NCBI GenBank assembly: GCA_001599295.1
Contig: BCGN01000008.1
Span: forward strand, 124,001 to 188,000
Length of the DNA stretch: 64,000 nt
Direction of reading: 5' to 3'
From: Sporopachydermia quercuum
Lineage: Eukaryota
Shown here: piece by piece, positions 11,169-21,039 of the stretch
Layout: every line of letters starts with the position of its first letter
Numbering within the stretch: the first letter of the stretch is position 1
Made by a program: the position numbers and the translations under genes
The notes under the pieces: generated by a model
What the model saw: the letters and a program-made list of their open reading frames with translations, nothing else
Databases searched by the model: none
Told to the model about the DNA's origin: nothing

Positions 11169-12314
11169 CTACTCCAAATTCATGTATCTTCTTCCATTGA
11201 CACACTCTGCTATTGTCAATTGATCTTTCCCAACAATTTTAGCAATCTTTTTTGCTGCGTTCACTGTTTTTTCGAACGAATCATGTTCGAGGATAATCCC
11301 ATTGTCGTCATCACCTTTCCATTTGCTTACTTGGTTGTAAATATCCTTTTCATTTAACTCAGAGCTTACTAATTTCCAATCAAATGTGTCATGATCCCAA
11401 AGAACGTTGGTCATTCCAAATTGACGAACAATTTCTCGAGATCTGTCATCTAATCCACCATAAGGAGGTCTGAAAAATTTTGGTAATAAACCATTTGTAG
11501 CATTCATTGCCCAAATAGACCATTCAAGTTGTGCTATGATTTCTTCATTTGAAATTCCAGGTAAGAACTTGTGTGACCAAGTATGAGAACCTATTAAATG
11601 GCCCATTTCATGAATTCTTCTATATGTTTTGGGATATTTTACCACACTATTTCCAATGGTGAAAAATGTAGTTGTGTGTTCTAGACTATCAAGTAAAGAG
11701 CCCGTATAAGGAGATGGACCGTCGTCAAATGTTTGGACCAGCTTACTACAAGTGTACACTTCGTCGGGTCTAACACAACGGTCACAATCAAAGGAGCATT
11801 CGCTACGTTTAACTCCTTGGCAGTTACCAAAACTTCTGATAGGTATATCTTCATATGGTGGAATGGCTGACATATTGATGAAAGCCAAGGGAATATATGG
11901 CGGATCTAAACCTGGCCATTGTGTCAACCCTGTAAAATCTGTAAGCCATTGAGGGAATGGAAGTGTTTCTTCTGGCTCTTGATAACTGGAAACTCTTTTT
12001 GAGCCGTCAATACGAAGACTTTCTTTTAGAAACCCTAAACTTCTCTTCCAAATACCTATGGGTTGGGTATTGGTTTTATTCATTATATGCCATTCTGTTG
12101 TTGAGATCTTATCATGACAATCCAGTGAATCGTGTTGTGGCATGAATGTTTGAGTGGTCTCTTGAATCATTTTTCTAAAACTGTTAGGTGAGACTTGACG
12201 GAATATACTACATAAGCTGGGTTGTATCAATAGGAATATGATGATCACGAATTTCGTAATCCAGGAAATAATAATCATCTTGTTTAACCTGCTTGTATCT
12301 GAAGGTTGTCCCAT
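11169..12314 (-). CDS. CDA2: Chitin deacetylase (CE4/NodB), Cda1/Cda2 family
   Basis: Motifs QTFDDGP, HTWSH, FRPPYG, LWDHDTFDW and ILEHD, plus an N-terminal hydrophobic signal. The CDA1 versus CDA2 assignment is arbitrary. Confidence 0.92.
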   Translation of the reverse strand: MGQPSDTSRLNKMIIISWITKFVIIIFLLIQPSLCSIFRQVSPNSFRKMIQETTQTFMPQHDSLDCHDKISTTEWHIMNKTNTQPIGIWKRSLGFLKESLRIDGSKRVSSYQEPEETLPFPQWLTDFTGLTQWPGLDPPYIPLAFINMSAIPPYEDIPIRSFGNCQGVKRSECSFDCDRCVRPDEVYTCSKLVQTFDDGPSPYTGSLLDSLEHTTTFFTIGNSVVKYPKTYRRIHEMGHLIGSHTWSHKFLPGISNEEIIAQLEWSIWAMNATNGLLPKFFRPPYGGLDDRSREIVRQFGMTNVLWDHDTFDWKLVSSELNEKDIYNQVSKWKGDDDNGIILEHDSFEKTVNAAKKIAKIVGKDQLTIAECVNGRRYMNLE

Positions 12315-12568
12315 GCTGCAAGAGGGGCAATGTATACCTCTTCCACAGTTTAGCTGATATTGACTACTTTAATGTCAATCTCATTTAAATATATGACAGT
12401 TCTAACTTCAAAAGCTTTCAACTTTGTTCATTTGGTGTTTGATATTACGAATGGAGGGAGAAAACATAATGTTTCAAATGTCAATCGGCTATTTTAAAAT
12501 ACCATTTCACTCCCCAATCAAAAGAGTGGAAAGAGGTACAAAGATACATGATTTTAAATCATGAATAA

Positions 12569-12633
12569 GTCACAAAATATATTGCCGGTTGTGATTTGGG
12601 AAATTCGTTTCTGTGTAAGTTGATAATTTTGTG
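12569..12633. promoter_or_regulatory. Two middle-sporulation-element (Ndt80) cores upstream of the chitin deacetylase
   Basis: GTCACAAAA at 12569-12577 and TTTTGTG at 12627-12633, 255-320 bp upstream of the ATG. Confidence 0.5.
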
Positions 12634-13128
12634 TTTTGCAATCGCAGTTTAGGTAAAGTAGGTTCAGTCGTATTAAGGGTGTTTCAAACGAACGCTAATG
12701 CGAATACTAGGTTTCGGGATAAAAAATGATTTTTATCTTCTACTTCTGCTATTCATAGGAAATACTAGATATTTGTTTATATATAATGTGAATTATATTT
12801 TGGTTTGATGTGTTGAAAACCTATAGTCAATCAGTATAGTTGATTATGAGAATTAATAAAGTTTAGCGTTTAAGTTCGCTAATATTAAGTTCATCTTTCA
12901 CAAACATCCATATGCATAGCGTTAAGACAGAAATTGGTATAATAAGCTAAGTAAACTTCATGTCCAAGTGGAGGAGTCTTCGAGTGGGCACAAGATCATA
13001 GAATGAATGAGCAGTTAATTGAACGATCTGTCAGAAAATTCAACTATACTATATTTAAAACTAATGACTTTTTGAAGTATTTTATAATGCACTTAGTAAT
13101 ATGATTCACATATTTAGCAATAGCTGAC

Positions 13129-13842
13129 TTAGCTAGGTTGTTTGTCATAAAACAATTGTTGGGGGGTTTCTTGCGAAACTTGCTTTGTTTGCTTCTTTAT
13201 TCTCTTCTGTCTTTCTGCAGATTCGTGGTCTTGGAGAGTCTTTTTAGCGCCATCTTCATCAAAGTTTCCTTTTTCTTCTAGCATGTTATTACTCCTCTGA
13301 AAAGCATAGACCGAATCTCGAGATATTTTTTGAGAACTTCTGCTCTCACATAATTCAGAGTAGTCAAAAGGAAGACTATTCTTGGAAAAATCGCTTGAAA
13401 AAGAAATCCTTTCGTTAGCAACTATATCTGTATCCCCACTTCTTATTGAATTGGGTGCTGAGGAAAGACAGCTGTTATTTGAGTTTGGAAGCAATGATTT
13501 TAAATACTGATTATCTTGTTTTAATCGAACAATTTGTAGTAGCAATTTGTTCACAATTGCTTCTTGTTCATGTTCCATTTCTATCAAGACTTTATGTAGA
13601 AACTGAATTGATTTCCTACTATTAATATTTTGTACTGTATCGCTGTTACCTTTGCTATTTTCTTCATTGTTGTAATCTGCTTCTGGAACCTCTGGAGACA
13701 TATTTAATATCTTAGTATATTCAGTAACATCTTGATGAATGAAACTTCTTGGAATGTTGGTCAAATCAGACAGGTGGTCATTGCCAGCAATAGGAACTAT
13801 TGTGAAATCATCCGTTGATTCAACTCTTTTGTTTATATTCAT
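13129..13842 (-). CDS. Hypothetical protein with a short coiled coil
   Basis: Long ORF with first ATG at 13842 and a heptad-like segment LIEMEHEQEAIVNKLLLQIVRLKQDNQYLK in an otherwise S/N-rich sequence. Confidence 0.7.
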   Translation of the reverse strand: MNINKRVESTDDFTIVPIAGNDHLSDLTNIPRSFIHQDVTEYTKILNMSPEVPEADYNNEENSKGNSDTVQNINSRKSIQFLHKVLIEMEHEQEAIVNKLLLQIVRLKQDNQYLKSLLPNSNNSCLSSAPNSIRSGDTDIVANERISFSSDFSKNSLPFDYSELCESRSSQKISRDSVYAFQRSNNMLEEKGNFDEDGAKKTLQDHESAERQKRIKKQTKQVSQETPQQLFYDKQPS

Positions 13843-15656
13843 CTCAGCTTGTTTGCTATAACAATATGCCTTCAATATTGATTGAGATATCTATTCTTGA
13901 CAATAAAACCTTGCTGAATTTCTCTGAAAGATGACTGTTTCTGAGACCTGAGGGTTCTATGTTTTCACTATTATTTCTTCCCCTAATAATAGATATGTCA
14001 AAATTGATGCAAGACAAGTTAGTTGTATTGGTATTTACCAGTTGTAATATTCAATCAGTCCTCCCGACTTGGTCTTCTATTAGCCTCGAACTTAATAGAA
14101 TCTTACAAACTTCTCTCCTGGAACATAATATTTGTTGAAGCCACCGAATCATTTCCTCCGTTTATAGGCAAGGAAGGAAAGTGGATATTGATAGATTTAT
14201 AAATACATGAAGAACGTCAAAATACATGTTTACGATATTGTGATAGGATCACATACATCTGATTTGTGGTGTCAGTTTCAAATCTGTGGTACGTAGAAAG
14301 AAGCTTCAGATTAGTCAAATGAACTGTTACTGTGGAATGATTTTACGAAATGATTATCTTCAAACAGCAAACTATAATACTTAGTAAAAGCTTAATACAG
14401 TAATTAACGATAATCAAAAACTGAATTTTGATTGTTTCTTTTTATAACTTTTTNACTGTAATTAGTTAGTTACCTAACCATAATTTGACAGTTTTTAGTT
14501 AGATATGAAAAACTGCTCAAAGATGAATGGCTGTGTGTCCAACTTTTACTAGCTAAACCTTAGCTATATTAGATTTAAATTTAAGAGAAAGACATCTTAA
14601 GTGAAAGAGCTACAAGTCTCCAAGTTCAATCGTTAGATATTCCATTAACGCTCAATAATAAATATAAACTAACAGAAATTAAAAAGTATTATATAACTAT
14701 GTCTCTTAAGGAAAAAATGTAGGACCTTTTAGATGGAAAAAAAAAGTCGTTGATCTCGTTTTGCTGATTCTTTAACCTTATACTACTCTATAAAGTGGTT
14801 TAGGAGCAAATTGGGTCTCGGAAAGTTGTCAAATTCTAGCTTAAACTCTATTCTAAAATTGGTATCTGAAAATTAGGGTTTAACTTTATGAATGAGTATT
14901 GAGATGAATGAGTAGTTCATGAAACTTCGGCAGCTGACAATTTTGTCAAAACGTATCGAAGAAAGGTCATCATAAATAGCGGAGCTGTTATAGAAACAGT
15001 TAGAATACTTTGGAAAAATTTTTGGTATATCAATTGCCATTTTCGTTGAGAAGATCTGGGTGCATTTAACTCTTTATTAATTTAGTGGAGAGGCAAGCTG
15101 TTTTGATATTATGAGAATAGCATCTTCAACACAGGATTTAGCTAGAACCATCCCTACCAGTAAATATCACCAATTGATATATTTACCGGATTAATTGGCT
15201 GTACGTCAATTTTCTCGCATCTCGATATCTCAGAGGTCTTACTTGCCCCATCTTCAAAACCCACAAGTAAAATAGTCACATGACACCATTTACTACAATT
15301 AAGAAGTATATATAAGATTATGTAATACATAAATTTTGTGGCAAATAATTGTTGCTTATATAATCACTTATCATTTCATGACTGGCTGGATCTATCTTTC
15401 GTATGATAAATATTCTTGATGGCGTGGGTACCTCTTCTAATTCTTCAAGTCAACAGATAAGCAATAGCTAATATCGTTTCTATAGTACTGTTTTATTTTA
15501 TTCACTCACTAGTCTGGGAACTTGGTTTTTTCAAACTATTGCTTTCAAGTTGCTCATTTCAGTAGCTATATCATCCGCTGAAAAGCAAAGTCATATATCA
15601 TAGGATTTGTATCATTGGGTTGAGAATATTACAAACCCTGTCAACATAATATCATA

Positions 15657-17669
15657 ATGAACTACACTAATGGATTAACATCACTATCTTCTTTTACTAC
15701 TGAACTGGTCTATGAACCTTCCACTAGTTCTGGTTCCAGTGAAGTTTCAGACAAGGTGTTTCTTCCTGCCTCCATACTGATTCAGCTCTCTGAGCAGTAT
15801 CCAGACAATGTATCATCTCCGATGATATTCAAGGCAGGAAATGATCAATATGTTGGAGTCAAAGAATTCACTGCAGAAGAAGGAACTATAGGGCTTCCAC
15901 TATACGTGGTGAATCAAATGAAAGCAAAGGCTGGTGATGTTGTAAAGTTGCAATTAGCAAATCCACCTAAAGGAACTCATTTGACGTTAGCCCCTGTTGA
16001 TTTCACATTCAGTATTCAAGACATTGATATCTGGATTCATATCTTAGAAGCAAAGCTTCCAATAAGCTATACAGTGGTATCCAAAGACCAAATACTTGCC
16101 ATTCCTTATAACAATAGCATATATAAGTTTTTGGTGAAGGATACCAAAGATGAAGATACCATATGCATTGTCAATACTGATTTGAATCTCTCTATCGAAA
16201 ACTTGACTAACACAACATCAAGCTCGGAATCTCAGCTCAACAACGTATGGGCAACGGAACCAGTAAAATTATCTCTGGATTCACCCAAAACTGTTCATGC
16301 TGAACGGTCAGTTTTATTTGCGTTGGACCTACAGGAGATCTCATCTTCATCAGACGAAGATGCCATAAGTTTAACAGTCAAGTATGAAAGTGAATGGCTG
16401 GATGTCTTTGTAGGACATGATAAAACTACAAACAACACATCATATACTTTCAGCACAACTACTTCGCCACCCGCAAAGGAACCGAAAGAGCTTTCTATTC
16501 CATTATCGGCGTTCAAATCGGACTGTCCTGCTTACAGTACAACGTATATTTCTTGTCTTTCCAGTTCGCCCACTACTATTACCATCAAAGCATTGTTAGA
16601 AAAAAGCAGTTATCGGGAAATACAAGACGTTGATTCATCTGATAGAGCTGATAGTTCTGATACTACTAGATGTACTAACTGTTTGCAAAGTATACCAAAC
16701 AGAGCTTTTGCTCTACATTCTGGCTTCTGTCTCCGTAACAACACTCGATGTGCCATTTGCTCTCAGGTCTTTATGAAACAGATTCCTAAGTCACATTGGC
16801 ATTGTGAGTCGTGTGAAAGCTCAGGAGATACAGAGGAGTCAAAAGTGTACCATAGTAAATATCACGAACAAGCAGAATGCGAGTGTGGACAGCATTTCAA
16901 TGATTCTGTTTCTTATGCACATCATCGTGATAGTTTTGATTGTCCAGCGAAACAGCATGAATGTCAATTTTGTCATTTGATACTCCCGAGGGGTCCACCT
17001 AANGCTTCAGCTGCCTTATTGGGTCTCAGTGATCATGAATATGAATGTGGTTCAAGAACTACTAATTGTGACATCTGTAATAGGGTTGTTCGTTTGAGGG
17101 ATTTGAAAGCCCATATACAATTGCATGAAATGGATAGGAAACAAAAACCTGCCCCTTTGATATGTGGCAATTCCAACTGCATTAATGTGCTCACTGAGAA
17201 GGATTTTCAATCCAACCATATCAATTTATGTGCTGCATGTTTTGCCCCTTGTTACTCTAGCGTTTATGATCCTGACGGATCAAAATTGATCTCACGGATA
17301 GAAAGACGATATGTTATTCAAATGACTCGCGGATGTGGCAAAGCTTGGTGCAATAACCTATACTGTAAGAGCTCTGGTATGGTCCCCAAACAAAACATGG
17401 CAGAAACCATGAAAACTGTGCAGCATCTGCTATCACTAGTTGATTCTAAAGAGTTCTATTTCTGCGTGAGCGAGAACATGAAGAAAAAGAAAATCGTTTT
17501 GGACATGTTAGCTGAGTTTACAAATGACTATGATAACAGATGGTTAGCAGCAGCTATTGATTCAATAGGGATTTATTCATCTGATGGTGGTTTGAACCAG
17601 AAAACTGTTGTTCATAATTGTGGTGAATGGTTGAATAGAAATGCTGTTAGAAGAAGAGAAGTAATGTGA
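15657..17669 (+). CDS. UFD1-like (UT3) domain protein with a C2H2/C2HC zinc-finger array and C-terminal AZUL-like domain
   Basis: N-terminal SDKVFLPASIL...PMIF...VGVKEFTAEEGTIGLP...PKGTHLTLAP...IVNTDLNL matches UFD1. Multiple CxxC..H fingers follow, and RYVIQMTRGCGKAWCNNLYCKS resembles the UBE3A AZUL zinc motif. Confidence 0.85.
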   Translation: MNYTNGLTSLSSFTTELVYEPSTSSGSSEVSDKVFLPASILIQLSEQYPDNVSSPMIFKAGNDQYVGVKEFTAEEGTIGLPLYVVNQMKAKAGDVVKLQLANPPKGTHLTLAPVDFTFSIQDIDIWIHILEAKLPISYTVVSKDQILAIPYNNSIYKFLVKDTKDEDTICIVNTDLNLSIENLTNTTSSSESQLNNVWATEPVKLSLDSPKTVHAERSVLFALDLQEISSSSDEDAISLTVKYESEWLDVFVGHDKTTNNTSYTFSTTTSPPAKEPKELSIPLSAFKSDCPAYSTTYISCLSSSPTTITIKALLEKSSYREIQDVDSSDRADSSDTTRCTNCLQSIPNRAFALHSGFCLRNNTRCAICSQVFMKQIPKSHWHCESCESSGDTEESKVYHSKYHEQAECECGQHFNDSVSYAHHRDSFDCPAKQHECQFCHLILPRGPPXASAALLGLSDHEYECGSRTTNCDICNRVVRLRDLKAHIQLHEMDRKQKPAPLICGNSNCINVLTEKDFQSNHINLCAACFAPCYSSVYDPDGSKLISRIERRYVIQMTRGCGKAWCNNLYCKSSGMVPKQNMAETMKTVQHLLSLVDSKEFYFCVSENMKKKKIVLDMLAEFTNDYDNRWLAAAIDSIGIYSSDGGLNQKTVVHNCGEWLNRNAVRRREVM

Positions 17670-17844
17670 ATCATTACAAGGCATATCGTATGTATATTAT
17701 ATAGAATATATGATGTAATATAGTCATTAGAGCGCAAAGTATCTTACTCTCAAAGTATTAATATAGTAACTACAGTAGATTAATAATTAAGTCATATACG
17801 TTTAAGTAAGGTTTTGATGTATAAAATACATAATGGATGGACAT

Positions 17845-19142
17845 CTATTTGAAGAATTTAGCAAGAGAAACTTGCCCTTCTTCATTCTTAGACATAACTT
17901 TAGCAACAGCTAACTCAAAATCTTCCTGAGTAATATGAATACGTCTTTCTCTGAGAGCATACATACCAGCTTCAGTACATACACCTTTAACTTCAGCACC
18001 AGAACAACCATTCATTTTCTCCGCAATTTTCCTTAGATTTATACCTCTTGTAAGATTCATTGATCGAGAATGAATGCGTAAAATATCAGTTCTTGCTTCA
18101 ACTGTTGGAGGAGGGAATTCAATCTTACGATCAATTCTGCCTGGTCTCAGTAATGCCGGGTCAAGAATATCTAAACGATTTGTTGCCATGATGATTTTGA
18201 TGTTCTTACTAGATTCAAACCCATCGAGCTGGTTAAGTAATTCCAACATAGTTCTTTGAACTTCAGAATCTCCTCCACCACTTCCTTCAACTCTACTTGA
18301 TCCAATAGAATCTATTTCATCCATAAAAATAATACTAGGAGCATGCTCTCTGGCCATGATGAATAATTCTCGCACCATCCTACTACCTTCACCAATATAC
18401 TTTTGCACCAATTCTGAACCGGAGACTCTAATGAATTTACAATCTGTATGATGAGCAACTGCACGTGCTAAAAGAGTTTTACCTGTACCCGGGGGTCCGT
18501 ATAGAATTACACCTTTTGGTTGAGCAATACCTAATGATTCAAACAGTTCAGGATGTTTGACTGGCAACTCAATAACTTCTTTGATTTCCTTGATTTGCTT
18601 ATCTAAACCACCAACCATATCGTATGTAGAGTCAGGTACTTTCTCTACCATCATTAACGACACTAAGGGATCTACTTTGTTAGGTAATATTTGATGTAGA
18701 TCGTAAGTGTCACTCCTTAAACAAACTCTTAACGAAGGAGTGATCTTTTTAATATCAATATCTGAAGCAAGATTCACAACATATTTTCCTTCAGGATGAA
18801 TCTTTACTAGTACCTTGTTTCTACCTAACACTTTCACTACTTCCCCGACATAAGAGCCTGGCTCTTGTAAGAGTTTCAATTCATCTTTCAGGGCTCTGAC
18901 ACGAGAATTCAATGCATTTCTTTGAGCTTCTAATCGACGAAGATTCTGTGTCTTCTCGTTTATTTTAACTTCCTTATCTTGGATAAGTTGGTTGAAAAAC
19001 TATCAAATGGTTAGTAAATCCAATCTCGATATAACTGTTTATATAACATACAAACAGTAATATATATCGCATCACTTGACCGAGAACTGATATTAATACT
19101 TACAGGTTCAATACCTCCTTCATGTATAGCTGTGGCNGCCAT
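17845..19142 (-). CDS. RPT6: 26S proteasome AAA-ATPase Rpt6/Sug1; exons 19142-19104 and 18999-17845
   Basis: Walker [15 protein letters not shown] and [16 protein letters not shown]. The spliced N-terminus [44 protein letters not shown] matches Rpt6. Confidence 0.97.
19000..19103 (-). other. Spliceosomal intron (104 nt) of RPT6
   Basis: GTAAGT donor at 19103, TACTAAC at 19016-19010 and TAG at 19002-19000; phase 0. Confidence 0.92.
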
Positions 19143-19971
19143 TGTTTGATATTATTTTTCGAGCGTTGAGTTGATGATTTATTAATTATTTTCGGATTCT
19201 TCTGTGGGTTTCGTTGCTCTGTGTATCAATAGTAATACAGTCAATCTATTTGTCTTAGAGAAAGGTACAGCTTGAAGTCCTTTATAATGAGTTTACAATA
19301 ATACTCAATCCGGGGTGTCCTTTGTTCTACCTTCTCCAAATGAATCAATCGTTTCATTTAATATCTGGGCAGTACTGTTTTACATGAACAAGATTGATAA
19401 TTCTAGTTGATTGATGGTTGAAGAAATAATCTGTACTGCTTCATACATTCATAATTCGTAGGTTGATTTGATGGCAAATCTACCACATAATATCTTGTAA
19501 ATTGAGAGGTCCATACAAACGTTGAATAAAGAGGGGGTTGTTTAAAAGACTTAGTAGGGGTCACATGAGATAAGTATTGGGATGAGATGTCATGTCAGGT
19601 TTTTATGGTTAGGTACCCTAAATTGGGACGGAAATAGAGCTAATTGGGATCTTCTCTCCTCCAACAGAACTGTGGAGGGATGTTGTGTGGTTTACCATAG
19701 ATCATTTGTTATGTTTGATTTGATGGAAGTTCATCCTGACTATCAATTGAATGGGACTACAGGTAGATGAATTGAAGACATGGGCCAGTTGTTCCAACTA
19801 GGAAGATAGTGGGTATTGCAGAGGAATATCACTAGTATAATTGAGCTTCAGTACGGTGTATTGACCACCAACTGACTCCTGTAGCCTTCTGGGTTATTTA
19901 TTGATCAAGTCAATTGTTAGTTCGAAGCTAACAAGTGCTGAACACATAATTTGACCAAAATCAGCAAAATA

Positions 19972-20479
19972 ATGATGAATTTTCTTATAAGGAGGACGAG
20001 TCTATTATTCCTATGGCTGACGGCTTTATTACTACTATCACATGCTACTCCAGGAATAGCATTCCAATGGTTCTGCAGGTGTCAATGCAGTGATCAATAT
20101 GGGGTTTTCCCTATAGGGAGTGAACACGATTCAAGGACAATCTGCTCTTCATGTACTCGTAAAGATTGTCAAGAATCCGGAATCGAATCTTGCAGAGGAA
20201 TCGGTGAAAATGAAATCACAACTCAATGTTTTCAACGTGAATCATTCAAAGATCAGTTCACTATATTCTTTTTCATTTCAGTCACTTTGGGGTTGGTGTT
20301 GTATGCTATGTTCTCTCCTTATATTAAATCAGCTCTAAGGGTATGTTTGGGAATGCCTTAATTGAGGAATTGAGGAATTGAGGTCGATTGAGTTTTATTT
20401 TATTTCTATTGCTTAATGATCAACTCTGAATCTGATACTAACCGTGGAACAGAAAATTGGGCTGTTGAAAGATAACTAG
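19972..20479 (+). CDS. Small Cys-rich single-pass membrane protein of unknown function; exons 19972-20340 and 20453-20479
   Basis: Signal peptide, CRCQC...CSSC...C...C...CFQRES luminal domain and a TM helix (FTIFFFISVTLGLVLYAMF). The spliced C-terminus is ...KSALR|KIGLLKDN*. Confidence 0.8.
20341..20452 (+). other. Spliceosomal intron (112 nt) near the 3' end of the small Cys-rich gene
   Basis: GTATGT at 20341, TACTAAC at 20436-20442 and CAG at 20450-20452; phase 0. Confidence 0.85.
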
Positions 20480-21039
20480 ATTCTAGTATGAATGGTATTA
20501 CGACTGGATATCAACATTTCCAGTTAATATTGAGAAAGAAAGAAATAGCAATAGTGATACTACTTCTCTGAATAGGCCATATAACGTAGTTATTGGTAAA
20601 ATATTGATTAGTGTTTCGATAGTTCAGTGTAATTGGAGATTGAGTCTTGATGCAACAGAGCACCTGGTAGGTGCAGGTCAGATGATTTAAGTAAATGTCG
20701 TCGTTAGAAATCAATTTACCTTAACTACTATAGAATCCTATAGACTCAAATGATCGAATTATGGCAGATCAACGGTAATGTAATCAAATTCGATTGGTTT
20801 CTTATAATACAACTTATAATTATTAAATGATTTTAGATAATTGCAGATATTACCTACATAATTGTATATGTAATCCTCTCCCAAAAAAAAAAACCTATAA
20901 AAAAAGTAAATCAGTCACAACTTATGGAATCAATACAACTGTGATTTCAAAACTAATATATACTATAATGACAATGAATAAGATGGTTATCATTCATATG
21001 AAAGATGTTCTTTTCTTGATTATGATAGAAGAATGTAAT

